Origin: Yuukianura sp. NJ FZ-2021
Lineage: Eukaryota
Length of the DNA stretch: 64,000 nucleotides
Direction: 5' to 3'
NCBI GenBank assembly: GCA_046563655.1
Contig: JAJCTO010000009.1
Span: 620,001 to 684,000, forward strand
Shown here: piece after piece, positions 21,301-36,300 of the stretch
Layout: each line of letters opens with the position of its first letter
Position numbering within the stretch: the first letter of the stretch is position 1
Notes under the pieces: generated by a model
Told to the model about the DNA's origin: nothing
The model's input: the letters and a program-made list of their open reading frames with translations, nothing else
The model's database searches: none
Position numbers and translations under genes: made by a program

Positions 21301-24300
21301 GCTTATAACCATCTTCATGGAACGCATCTAATACCGGTCCACTTTGTCGTAGTGCATCAACGACTATTACACACGGTGAACCACTTGTTGTCAGCCTTCA
21401 TCTTTGAGCTCAAAGGAGAAGTGCCGGTGAAATGACAAGCTCGCCCTCACTACAGATACCAACTAGTACTCATTTTGACACCATGAATCACAATGACTCC
21501 GACGGCAATGGAACTTCAGGGAATCCCATTATTACATTTTCTAAATCAAAATCGAACATTCCGCATTATTTGTTATTTTGATTAAAATTGTTAGGAAAGA
21601 CTTTTTTATGTCATACTACCACCTTGCACTTCCAATAAAGCACACCTGAATAACTGGTGTTCAACAATAATCTGGAATTATATTTTAGCCCAACTCCACT
21701 ATGCAACAAGTGCATAAATCTAACTGTCATTTTGGTATAAACTAATGTGGGAACTATACAACGAAGTTTTAAACATACCGAAAAATGGAATTTATGCCTT
21801 GTTATCGCTTATAACCATGTTCATGGAACGCATCTAATACCGGTCCACTTTGTCGTAGTGCATCAACGACTATTACACACGGTGAACCACTTGTTGTCAG
21901 CCTTCATCTTTGAGCTCAAAGGAGAAGTGCCGGTGAAATGACAAGCTCGCCCTCACTACAAATACCAACCAGTACTCATTTTGACACCATGAATCACAAT
22001 GACTCCGACGGCAATGGAACTTCAGGGAATCCCATTATTACATTTTCTAAATCAAAATCAAACATTCCGCATTATTTGTTATTTTGATTAAAATTGTTAG
22101 GAAAGACTTGTTTATGTCATACTACCACCTTGCACTTCCAATAAAGCACACCTGAATAACTGGTGTTCAACACTAATCTGGAATTATATTTTAGCCCAAC
22201 TCCACTATGCAACAAGTGCATAAATCTAACTGTCATTTTGGTATAAACTAATGTGGGAACTATACAACGAAGTTTTAAACATACCGAAAAATGGAATTTA
22301 TGCCTTGTTATCGCTTATAACCATCTTCATGGAACGCATCTAATACCGGTCCACTTTGTCGTAGTGCATCAACGACTATTACACACGGTGAACCACTTGT
22401 TGTCAGCCTTCATCTTTGAGCTCAAAGGAGAAGTGCCGGTGAAATGACAAGCGCGACCTCACTACAAATACCAACCAGTACTCATTTTGACACTATGAAT
22501 CACAATGACTCAGACGGCAACTGAACTTCAGGGGAAATCCCATTATTACATTTTCTAAATCAAAATCGAACATTCAGCATTATTTGTTATTTTGATTAAA
22601 ATTTTTAGAAAATACTTTTTTATGTCATACTACCACCTTGCACTTCCAATAAAGCACACCTGAAAAACTGGTGTTCAACACTAATCTGGAATTATATTTT
22701 AGCCCAACTCCACTATGCAACAAGTGCATAAATCTAACTGTCATTTTGGTATAAACTAATGTGGGAACTATACAACGAAGTTTTAAACATACCGAAAAAT
22801 GGAATTTATGCCTTGTTATCGCTTATAACCATCTTCATGGAACGCATCTAATACCGGTCCACTTTGTCGTAGTGCATCAACGACTATTACACACGGTGAA
22901 CCACTTGTTGTCAGCCTTCATCTTTGAGCTCAAAGGAGAAGTGCCGGTGAAATGACAAGCGCGACCTCACTACAAATACCAACCAGTACTCATTTTGACA
23001 CCATGATACACAATGACTCCGACGGCAATGGAACTTCAGGGGATCCCATTATTACATTTTCTAAATCAAAATCGAACATTCCGCATTATTTGTTATTTTG
23101 ATTAAAATTGTTAGGAAAGACTTTTTTATGTCATACTACCACCTTGCACTTCCAATAAAGCACACCTGAATAACTGGTGTTCAACAATAATCTGGAATTA
23201 TATTTTAGCCCAACTCCACTATGCAACAAGTGCATAAATCTAACTGTCATTTTGGTATAAACTAATGTGGGAACTATACAACGAAGTTTTAAACATACTG
23301 AAAAATGGAATTTATGCCTTGTTATCGCTTATAACCATCTTCATGGAACGCATCTAATACCGGTCCACTTTGTCGTAGTGCATCAACGACTATTACACAC
23401 GGTGAACCACTTGTTGTCAGCCTTCATCTTTGAGCTCAAAGGAGAAGTGCCGGTGAAATGACAAGCTCGCCCTCACTACAGATACCAACCAGTACTCATT
23501 TTGACACTATGAATCACAATGACTCAGACGGCAACTGAACTTCAGGGGAAATCCCATTATTACATTTTCTAAATCAAAATCGAACATTCCGCATTATTTG
23601 TTATTTTGATTAAAATTGTTAGGAAAGACTTTTTTATGTCATACTACCACCTTGCACTTTCAATAAAGCACACCTCAGTAACTGATGTTCAACAATAATC
23701 AAGAATTATATTTTAGCCCAACTCCACTATGCAACAAATGCATTAATCTAACTGTCATTTAGGTTTAAACTAATGTGTGAACTATACAACGAAATTTTAA
23801 ACATACTGAAAAATGGAATTTATGCCTTGTTATCGCTTATAACCATCTTCATGGAACGCATCTAATACCGGTCCACTTTGTCGTAGTGCATCAACGACTA
23901 TTACACACGGTGAACCACTTGTTGTCAGCCTTCATCTTTGAGCACAAAGGAGAAGTGCCGGTGAAATGACAAGCTCGCCCTCACTACAGATACCAACCAG
24001 TACTCATTTTGACACTATGAATCACAATGACTCCGACGGCAACTGAACTTCAGGGAAATCCCATTAGTACATTTTCTAAATGAAAATCATACATTCAGCA
24101 TTATATGTTATTTTGATTAAAAATTTTAGGAAATACTTTTTTATGTCATACTACCACCTTGCACTTCCAATAAAGCACACCTGAAAAACTGGTGTTCAAC
24201 ACTAATCTGGAATTATATTTTAGCCCAACTCCACTATGCAACAAGTGCATAAATCTAACTGTCATTTTGGTATAAACTAATGTGGGAACTATACAACGAA

Positions 24301-27300
24301 GTTTTAAACATACCGAAAAATGGAATTTATGCCTTGTTATCGCTTATAACCATCTTCATGGAACGCATCTAATACCGGTCCACTTTGTCGTAGTGCATCA
24401 ACGACTATTACACACGGTGAACCACTTGTTGTCAGCCTTCATCTTTGAGCTCAAAGGAGAAGTGCCGGTGAAATGACAAGCGCGACCTCACTACAAATAC
24501 CAACCAGTACTCATTTTGACACTATGAATCACAATGACTCAGACGGCAACTGAACTTCAGGGGAAATCCCATTATTACATTTTCTAAATCAAAATCGAAC
24601 ATTCAGCATTATTTGTTATTTTGATTAAAATTTTTAGAAAATACTTTTTTATGTCATACTACCACCTTGCACTTCCAATAAAGCACACCTGAAAAACTGG
24701 TGTTCAACACTAATCTGGAATTATATTTTAGCCCAACTCCACTATGCAACAAGTGCATAAATCTAACTGTCATTTTGGTATAAACTAATGTGGGAACTAT
24801 ACAACGAAGTTTTAAACATACCGAAAAATGGAATTTATGCCTTGTTATCGCTTATAACCATCTTCATGGAACGCATCTAATACCGGTCCACTTTGTCGTA
24901 GTGCATCAACGACTATTACACACGGTGAACCACTTGTTGTCAGCCTTCATCTTTGAGCTCAAAGGAGAAGTGCCGGTGAAATGACAAGCGCGACCTCACT
25001 ACAAATACCAACCAGTACTCATTTTGACACCATGATACACAATGACTCCGACGGCAATGGAACTTCAGGGGATCCCATTATTACATTTTCTAAATCAAAA
25101 TCGAACATTCCGCATTATTTGTTATTTTGATTAAAATTGTTAGGAAAGACTTTTTTATGTCATACTACCACCTTGCACTTCCAACAAAACACACCTGAAT
25201 AACTAACTGGTGCTCAACACTAATCTGGAATTATATTTTAGCCCAACTCCACTATGCAACAAGTGCATAAATCTAACTGTCATTTTGGTATAAACTAATG
25301 TGGGTCAACTATAGGCAACGAAGTTTTAAACATACCGAAAAATGGAATTTATGCCTTGTTATCGCTTATAACCATCTTCATGGAACGCATCTAATACCGG
25401 TCCACTTTGTCGTAGTGCATCAACGACTATTACACACGGTGAACCACTTGTTGTCCAGCCTTCATCTTTGAGCTCAAAGGAGAAGTGCCGGTGAAATGAC
25501 AAGCTCGCCCTCACTACAAATACCAACCAGTACTCATTTGTGACACAATGAATTAGTTTTTAAGACTCCGACGGCAATGGAACTTCAGGGGAAATCCCAT
25601 TAAATTACATTTTCTAAATCAAAATCGAACATTCCGCATTATTTGTTATTTTGATTAAAATTGTTAGGAAAGACTTTTTTATGTCATACTACCACCTTGC
25701 ACTTCCAATAAAGCACACCTGAGTAACTGGTGCTCAACACTAATCTGGAATTATGTTTTAGCCCAACTCCACTATGCAACAAGTGCATAAATCTAACTGT
25801 CATTTTGGTATAAACTAATGTGGGAACTATACAACGAAGTTTTAAACATACCGAAAAATGGAATTTATGCCTTGTTATCGCTTATAACCATCTTCATGGA
25901 ACGCATCTAATACCGGTCCACTTTGTCGTAGTGCATCAACGACTATTACATACGGTGAACCACTTGTTGTCAGCCTTCATCTTTGAGCTCAAAGGAGAAG
26001 TGCCGGTGAAATGACAAGCGCGACCTCACTACAAATACCAACCAGTACTCATTTTGACACCATGATACACAATGACTCCGACGGCAATGGAACTTCAGGG
26101 GATCCCATTATTACATTTTCTAAATCAAAATCGAACATTCCGCATTATTTGTTATTTTGATTAAAATTGTTAGGAAAGACTTTTTTATGTCATACTACCA
26201 CCTTGCACTTCCAACAAAACACACCTGAATAACTAACTGGTGCTCAACACTAATCTGGAATTATGTTTTAGCCCAACTCCACTATGCAACAAGTGCATAA
26301 ATCTAACTGTCATTTTGGTATAAACTAATGTGGGAACTATACAACGAAGTTTTAAACATACCGAAAAATGGAATTTATGCCTTGTTATCGCTTATAACCA
26401 TCTTCATGGAACGCATCTAATACCGGTCCACTTTGTCGTAGTGCATCAACGACTATTACACACGGTGAACCACTTGTTGTCAGCCTTCATCTTTGAGCTC
26501 AAAGGAGAAGTGCCGGTGAAATGACAAGCTCGCCCTCACTACAAATACCAACCAGTACTCATTTTGACACCATGATACACAATGACTCCGACGGCAATGG
26601 AACTTCAGGGGATCCCATTATTACATTTTCTAAATCAAAATCGAACATTCCGCATTATTTGTTATTTTGATTAAAATTGTTAGGAAAGACTTTTTTATGT
26701 CATACTACCACCTTGCACTTCCAACAAAACACACCTGAATAACTAACTGGTGCTCAACACTAATCTGGAATTATGTTTTAGCCCAACTCCACTATGCAAC
26801 AAGTGCATAAATCTAACTGTCATTTTGGTATAAACTAATGTGGGAACTATACAACGAAGTTTTAAACATACCGAAAAATGGAATTTATGCCTTGTTATCG
26901 CTTATAACCATCTTCATGGAACGCATCTAATACCGGTCCACTTTGTCGTAGTGCATCAACGACTATTACACACGGTGAACCACTTGTTGTCAGCCTTCAT
27001 CTTTGAGCTCAAAGGAGAAGTGCCGGTGAAATGACAAGCTCGCCCTCACTACAAATACCAACCAGTACTCATTTTGACACCATGATACACAATGACTCCG
27101 ACGGCAATGGAACTTCAGGGGATCCCATTATTACATTTTCTAAATCAAAATCGAACATTCCGCATTATTTGTTATTTTGATTAAAATTGTTAGGAAAGAC
27201 TTTTTTATGTCATACTACCACCTTGCACTTCCAACAAAACACACCTGAATAACTGGTGTTCAACAATAATCTGGAATTATATTTTAGCCCAACTCCACTA

Positions 27301-30300
27301 TGCAACAAGTGCATAAATCTAACTGTCATTTTGGTATAAACTAATGTGGGAACTATACAACGAAGTTTTAAACATACTGAAAAATGGAATTTATGCCTTG
27401 TTATCGCTTATAACCATCTTCATGGAACGCATCTAATACCGGTCCACTTTGTCGTAGTGCATCAACGACTATTACACACGGTGAACCACTTGTTGTCAGC
27501 CTTCATCTTTGAGCTCAAAGGAGAAGTGCCGGTGAAATGACAAGCGCGACCTCACTACAAATACCAACCAGTACTCATTTTGACACCATGATACACAATG
27601 ACTCCGACGGCAATGGAACTTCAGGGGATCCCATTATTACATTTTCTAAATCAAAATCGAACATTCCGCATTATTTGTTATTTTGATTAAAATTGTTAGG
27701 AAAGACTTTTTTATGTCATACTACCACCTTGCACTTCCAACAAAACACACCTGAATAACTAACTGGTGCTCAACACTAATCTGGAATTATATTTTAGCCC
27801 AACTCCACTATGCAACAAGTGCATAAATCTAACTGTCATTTTGGTATAAACTAATGTGGGAACTATACAACGAAGTTTTAAACATACTGAAAAATGGAAT
27901 TTATGCCTTGTTATCGCTTATAACCATCTTCATGGAACGCATCTAATACCGGTCCACTTTGTCGTAGTGCATCAACGACTATTACACACGGTGAACCACT
28001 TGTTGTCAGCCTTCATCTTTGAGCACAAAGGAGAAGTGCCGGTGAAATGACAAGCTCGCCCTCACTACAGATACCAACCAGTACTCATTTTGACACTATG
28101 AATCACAATGACTCAGACGGCAACTGAACTTCAGGGGAAATCCCATTATTACATTTTCTAAATCAAAATCGAACATTCAGCATTATTTGTTATTTTGATT
28201 AAAATTTTTAGGAAATACTTTTTTATGTCATACTACCACCTTGCACTTCCAATAAAGCACACCTGAATAACTGGTGTTCAACAATAATCTGGAATTATAT
28301 TTTAGCCCAACTCCACTATGCAACAAGTGCATAAATCTAACTGTCATTTTGGTATAAACTAATGTGGGAACTATACAACGAAGTTTTAAACATACTGAAA
28401 AATGGAATTTATGCCTTGTTATCGCTTATAACCATCTTCATGGAACGCATCTAATACCGGTCCACTTTGTCGTAGTGCATCAACGACTATTACACACGGT
28501 GAACCACTTGTTGTCAGCCTTCATCTTTGAGCTCAAAGGAGAAGTGCCGGTGAAATGACAAGCGCGACCTCACTACAAATACCAACCAGTACTCATTTTG
28601 ACACCATGATACACAATGACTCCGACGGCAATGGAACTTCAGGGGATCCCATTATTACATTTTCTAAATCAAAATCGAACATTCCGCATTATTTGTTATT
28701 TTGATTAAAATTGTTAGGAAAGACTTTTTTATGTCATACTACCACCTTGCACTTCCAACAAAACACACCTGAATAACTGGTGTTCAACACTAATCTGGAA
28801 TTATGTTTTAGCCCAACTCCACTATGCAACAAGTGCATAAATCTAACTGTCATTTTGGTATAAACTAATGTGGGAACTATACAACGAAGTTTTAAACATA
28901 CCGAAAAATGGAATTTATGCCTTGTTATCGCTTATAACCATCTTCATGGAACGCATCTAATACCGGTCCACTTTGTCGTAGTGCATCAACGACTATTACA
29001 CACGGTGAACCACTTGTTGTCAGCCTTCATCTTTGAGCACAAAGGAGAAGTGCCGGTGAAATGACAAGCTCGCCCTCACTACAGATACCAACCAGTACTC
29101 ATTTTGACACTATGAATCACAATGACTCAGACGGCAACTGAACTTCAGGGGAAATCCCATTATTACATTTTCTAAATCAAAATCGAACATTCAGCATTAT
29201 TTGTTATTTTGATTAAAATTTTTAGGAAATACTTTTTTATGTCATACTACCACCTTGCACTTTCAATAAAGCACACCTGAGTAACTGGTGTTCAACAATA
29301 ATCTGGAATTTATTTTAGCCCAACTCCAGTATGCAACAAGTGCATAAATCTAACTGTCATTTTGGTATAAACTAATGTGGGAACTATACAACGAAGTTTT
29401 AAACATACTGAAAAATGGAATTTATGCCTTGTTATCGCTTATAACCATCTTCATGGAACGCATCTAATACCGGTCCACTTTGTCGTAGTGCATCAACGAC
29501 TATTACACACGGTGAACCACTTGTTGTCAGCCTTCATCTTTGAGCTCAAAGGAGAAGTGCCGGTGAAATGACAAGCTCGCCCTCACTACAAATACCAACC
29601 AGTACTCATTTTGACACCATGATACACAATGACTCCGACGGCAATGGAACTTCAGGGGATCCCATTATTACATTTTCTAAATCAAAATCGAACATTCCGC
29701 ATTATTTGTTATTTTGATTAAAATTGTTAGGAAAGACTTTTTTATGTCATACTACCACCTTGCACTTCCAACAAAACACACCTGAATAACTGGTGTTCAA
29801 CACTAATCTGGAATTATGTTTTAGCCCAACTCCACTATGCAACAAGTGCATAAATCTAACTGTCATTTTGGTATAAACTAATGTGGGAACTATACAACGA
29901 AGTTTTAAACATACCGAAAAATGGAATTTATGCCTTGTTATCGCTTATAACCATCTTCATGGAACGCATCTAATACCGGTCCACTTTGTCGTAGTGCATC
30001 AACGACTATTACACACGGTGAACCACTTGTTGTCAGCCTTCATCTTTGAGCACAAAGGAGAAGTGCCGGTGAAATGACAAGCTCGCCCTCACTACAAATA
30101 CCAACCAGTACTCATTTTGACACCATGATACACAATGACTCAGACGGCAACTGAACTTCAGGGGAAATCCCATTATTACATTTTCTAAATCAAAATCGAA
30201 CATTCAGCATTATTTGTTATTTTGATTAAAATTGTTAGGAAAGACTTTTTTATGTCATACTACCACTTTGCGCTTCCGATAAAACACACCTGAATAACTG

Positions 30301-33300
30301 GTGTTCAACAATAATCTGGAATTATATTTTAGCCCAACTCCACTATGCAACAAGTGCATAAATCTAACTGTCATTTTGGTATAAACTAATGTGGGAACTA
30401 TACAACGAAGTTTTAAACATACTGAAAAATGGAATTTATGCCTTGTTATCGCTTATAACCATCTTCATGGAACGCATCTAATACCGGTCCACTTTGTCGT
30501 AGTGCATCAACGACTATTACACACGGTGAACCACTTGTTGTCAGCCTTCATCTTTGAGCTCAAAGGAGAAGTGCCGGTGAAATGACAAGCGCGACCTCAC
30601 TACAAATACCAACCAGTACTCATTTTGACACCATGATACACAATGACTCCGACGGCAATGGAACTTCAGGGGATCCCATTATTACATTTTCTAAATCAAA
30701 ATCGAACATTCCGCATTATTTGTTATTTTGATTAAAATTGTTAGGAAAGACTTTTTTATGTCATACTACCACCTTGCACTTCCAACAAAACACACCTGAA
30801 TAACTAACTGGTGTTCAACACTAATCTGGAATTATATTTTAGCCCAACTCCACTATGCAACAAGTGCATAAATCTAACTGTCATTTTGGTATAAACTAAT
30901 GTGGGAACTATACAACGAAGTTTTAAACATACTGAAAAATGGAATTTATGCCTTGTTATCGCTTATAACCATCTTCATGGAACGCATCTAATACCGGTCC
31001 ACTTTGTCGTAGTGCATCAACGACTATTACACACGGTGAACCACTTGTTGTCAGCCTTCATCTTTGAGCACAAAGGAGAAGTGCCGGTGAAATGACAAGC
31101 TCGCCCTCACTACAGATACCAACCAGTACTCATTTTGACACTATGAATCACAATGACTCAGACGGCAACTGAACTTCAGGGGAAATCCCATTATTACATT
31201 TTCTAAATCAAAATCGAACATTCAGCATTATTTGTTATTTTGATTAAAATTTTTAGGAAATACTTTTTTATGTCATACTACCACCTTGCACTTCCAATAA
31301 AGCACACCTGAATAACTGGTGTTCAACAATAATCTGGAATTATATTTTAGCCCAACTCCACTATGCAACAAGTGCATAAATCTAACTGTCATTTTGGTAT
31401 AAACTAATGTGGGAACTATACAACGAAGTTTTAAACATACTGAAAAATGGAATTTATGCCTTGTTATCGCTTATAACCATCTTCATGGAACGCATCTAAT
31501 ACCGGTCCACTTTGTCGTAGTGCATCAACGACTATTACACACGGTGAACCACTTGTTGTCAGCCTTCATCTTTGAGCTCAAAGGAGAAGTGCCGGTGAAA
31601 TGACAAGCTCGCCCTCACTACAAATACCAACCAGTACTCATTTTGACACCATGATACACAATGACTCCGACGGCAATGGAACTTCAGGGGATCCCATTAT
31701 TACATTTTCTAAATCAAAATCGAACATTCCGCATTATTTGTTATTTTGATTAAAATTGTTAGGAAAGACTTTTTTATGTCATACTACCACCTTGCACTTC
31801 CAATAAAGCACACCTGAATAACTGGTGTTCAACACTAATCTGGAATTATATTTTAGCTCAGCTCCACTATGCAACAAGTGCATAAATCTAACTGTCATTT
31901 TGGTATAAACTAATGTGGGAACTATACAACGAAGTTTTAAACATACCGAAAAATGGAATTTATGCCTTGTTATCGCTTATAACCATCTTCATGGAACGCA
32001 TCTAATACCGGTCCACTTTGTCGTAGTGCATCAACGACTATTACACACGGTGAACCACTTGTTGTCAGCCTTCATCTTTGAGCACAAAGGAGAAGTGCCG
32101 GTGAAATGACAAGCTCGCCCTCACTACAAATACCAACCAGTACTCATTTTGACACCATGAATCACAATGACTCAGACGGCAACTGAACTTCAGGGGAAAT
32201 CCCATTATTACATTTTCTAAATCAAAATCGAACATTCAGCATTATTTGTTATTTTGATTAAAATTTTTAGGAAATACTTTTTTATGTCATACTACCACCT
32301 TGCACTTCCAATAAAGCACACCTGAATAACTGGTGTTCAACAGTAATCTGGAATTATATTTTAGCCCAACTCCACTATGCAACAAGTGCATAAATCTAAC
32401 TGTCATTTTGGTATAAACTAATGTGGGAACTATACAACGAAGTTTTAAACATACCGAAAAATGGAATTTATGCCTTGTTATCGCTTATAACCATCTTCAT
32501 GGAACGCATCTAATACCGGTCCACTTTGTCGTAGTGCATCAACGACTATTACACACGGTGAACCACTTGTTGTCAGCCTTCATCTTTGAGCTCAAAGGAG
32601 AAGTGCCGGTGAAATGACAAGCTCGCCCTCACTACAGATACCAACCAGTACTCATTTTGACACTATGAATCACAATGACTCAGACGGCAACTGAACTTCA
32701 GGGGAAATCCCATTATTACATTTTCTAAATCAAAATCGAACATTCAGCATTATTTGTTATTTTGATTAAAATTGTTAGGAAAGACTTTTTTATGTCATAC
32801 TACCACCTTGCACTTCCAATAAAACACACCTGAATAACTGGTGTTCAACAATAATCTGGAATTATATTTTAGCCCAACTCCACTATGCAACAAGTGCATA
32901 AATCTAACTGTCATTTTGGTATAAACTAATGTGGGAACTATACAACGAAGTTTTAAACATACTGAAAAATGGAATTTATGCCTTGTTATCGCTTATAACC
33001 ATCTTCATGGAACGCATCTAATACCGGTCCACTTTGTCGTAGTGCATCAACGACTATTACACACGGTGAACCACTTGTTGTCAGCCTTCATCTTTGAGCT
33101 CAAAGGAGAAGTGCCGGTGAAATGACAAGCTCGCCCTCACTACAAATACCAACCAGTACTCATTTTGACACCATGATACACAATGACTCCGACGGCAATG
33201 GAACTTCAGGGGATCCCATTATTACATTTTCTAAATCAAAATCGAACATTCCGCATTATTTGTTATTTTGATTAAAATTGTTAGGAAAGACTTTTTTATG

Positions 33301-36300
33301 TCATACTACCACCTTGCACTTCCAACAAAACACACCTGAATAACTAACTGGTGTTCAACACTAATCTGGAATTATATTTTAGCCCAACTCCACTATGCAA
33401 CAAGTGCATAAATCTAACTGTCATTTTGGTATAAACTAATGTGGGAACTATACAACGAAGTTTTAAACATACTGAAAAATGGAATTTATGCCTTGTTATC
33501 GCTTATAACCATCTTCATGGAACGCATCTAATACCGGTCCACTTTGTCGTAGTGCATCAACGACTATTACACACGGTGAACCACTTGTTGTCAGCCTTCA
33601 TCTTTGAGCACAAAGGAGAAGTGCCGGTGAAATGACAAGCTCGCCCTCACTACAGATACCAACCAGTACTCATTTTGACACTATGAATCACAATGACTCA
33701 GACGGCAACTGAACTTCAGGGGAAATCCCATTATTACATTTTCTAAATCAAAATCGAACATTCAGCATTATTTGTTATTTTGATTAAAATTTTTAGGAAA
33801 TACTTTTTTATGTCATACTACCACCTTGCACTTCCAATAAAGCACACCTGAATAACTGGTGTTCAACAATAATCTGGAATTATATTTTAGCCCAACTCCA
33901 CTATGCAACAAGTGCATAAATCTAACTGTCATTTTGGTATAAACTAATGTGGGAACTATACAACGAAGTTTTAAACATACTGAAAAATGGAATTTATGCC
34001 TTGTTATCGCTTATAACCATCTTCATGGAACGCATCTAATACCGGTCCACTTTGTCGTAGTGCATCAACGACTATTACACACGGTGAACCACTTGTTGTC
34101 AGCCTTCATCTTTGAGCTCAAAGGAGAAGTGCCGGTGAAATGACAAGCTCGCCCTCACTACAAATACCAACCAGTACTCATTTTGACACCATGATACACA
34201 ATGACTCCGACGGCAATGGAACTTCAGGGGATCCCATTATTACATTTTCTAAATCAAAATCGAACATTCCGCATTATTTGTTATTTTGATTAAAATTGTT
34301 AGGAAAGACTTTTTTATGTCATACTACCACCTTGCACTTCCAACAAAACACACCTGAATAACTAACTGGTGCTCAACACTAATCTGGAATTATGTTTTAG
34401 CCCAACTCCACTATGCAACAAGTGCATAAATCTAACTGTCATTTTGGTATAAACTAATGTGGGAACTATACAACGAAGTTTTAAACATACCGAAAAATGG
34501 AATTTATGCCTTGTTATCGCTTATAACCATCTTCATGGAACGCATCTAATACCGGTCCACTTTGTCGTAGTGCATCAACGACTATTACACACGGTGAACC
34601 ACTTGTTGTCAGCCTTCATCTTTGAGCACAAAGGAGAAGTGCCGGTGAAATGACAAGCTCGCCCTCACTACAAATACCAACCAGTACTCATTTTGACACC
34701 ATGATACACAATGACTCAGACGGCAATGGAACTTCAGGGGAAATCCCATTATTACATATTCTAAATCAAAATCGAACATTCCGCATTATTTGTTATTTTG
34801 ATTAAAATTGTTAGGAAAGACTTTTTTATGTCATACTACCACCTTGCACTTCCAATAAAGCACACCTGAATAACTGGTGTTCAACACTAATCTGGAATTA
34901 TATTTTAGCCCAACTCCACTATGCAACAAGTGCATAAATCTAACTGTCATTTTGGTATAAACTAATGTGGGAACTATACAACGAAGTTTTAAACATACCG
35001 AAAAATGGAATTTATGCCTTGTTATCGCTTATAACCATCTTCATGGAACGCATCTAATACCGGTCCACTTTGTCGTAGTGCATCAACGACTATTACACAC
35101 GGTGAACCACTTGTTGTCAGCCTTCATCTTTGAGCTCAAAGGAGAAGTGCCGGTGAAATGACAAGCTCGCCCTCACTACAAATACCAACCAGTACTCATT
35201 TTGACACTATGAATCACAATGACTCAGACGGCAACTGAACTTCAGGGGAAATCCCATTATTACATTTTCTAAATCAAAATCGAACATTCAGCATTATTTG
35301 TTATTTTGATTAAAATTTTTAGAAAATACTTTTTTATGTCATACTACCACCTTGCACTTCCAATAAAGCACACCTGAATAACTGGTGTTCAACACTAATC
35401 TGGAATTATATTTTAGCCCAACTCCACTATGCAACAAGTGCATAAATCTAACTGTCATTTTGGTATAAACTAATGTGGGAACTATACAACGAAGTTTTAA
35501 ACATACCGAAAAATGGAATTTATGCCTTGTTATCGCTTATAACCATCTTCATGGAACGCATCTAATACCGGTCCACTTTGTCGTAGTGCATCAACGACTA
35601 TTACACACGGTGAACCACTTGTTGTCAGCCTTCATCTTTGAGCTCAAAGGAGAAGTGCCGGTGAAATGACAAGCGCGACCTCACTACAAATACCAACCAG
35701 TACTCATTTTGACACCATGATACACAATGACTCCGACGGCAATGGAACTTCAGGGGATCCCATTATTACATTTTCTAAATCAAAATCGAACATTCCGCAT
35801 TATTTGTTATTTTGATTAAAATTGTTAGGAAAGACTTTTTTATGTCATACTACCACCTTGCACTTCCAACAAAACACACCTGAATAACTAACTGGTGTTC
35901 AACACTAATCTGGAATTTATTTTAGCCCAACTCCACTATGCAACAAGTGCATAAATCTAACTGTCATTTTGGTATAAACTAATGTGGGAACTATACAACG
36001 AAGTTTTAAACATACCGAAAAATGGAATTTATGCCTTGTTATCGCTTATAACCATCTTCATGGAACGCATCTAATACCGGTCCACTTTGTCGTAGTGCAT
36101 CAACGACTATTACACACGGTGAACCACTTGTTGTCAGCCTTCATCTTTGAGCACAAAGGAGAAGTGCCGGTGAAATGACAAGCTCGCCCTCACTACAGAT
36201 ACCAACCAGTACTCATTTTGACACTATGAATCACAATGACTCAGACGGCAACTGAACTTCAGGGGAAATCCCATTATTACATTTTCTAAATCAAAATCGA

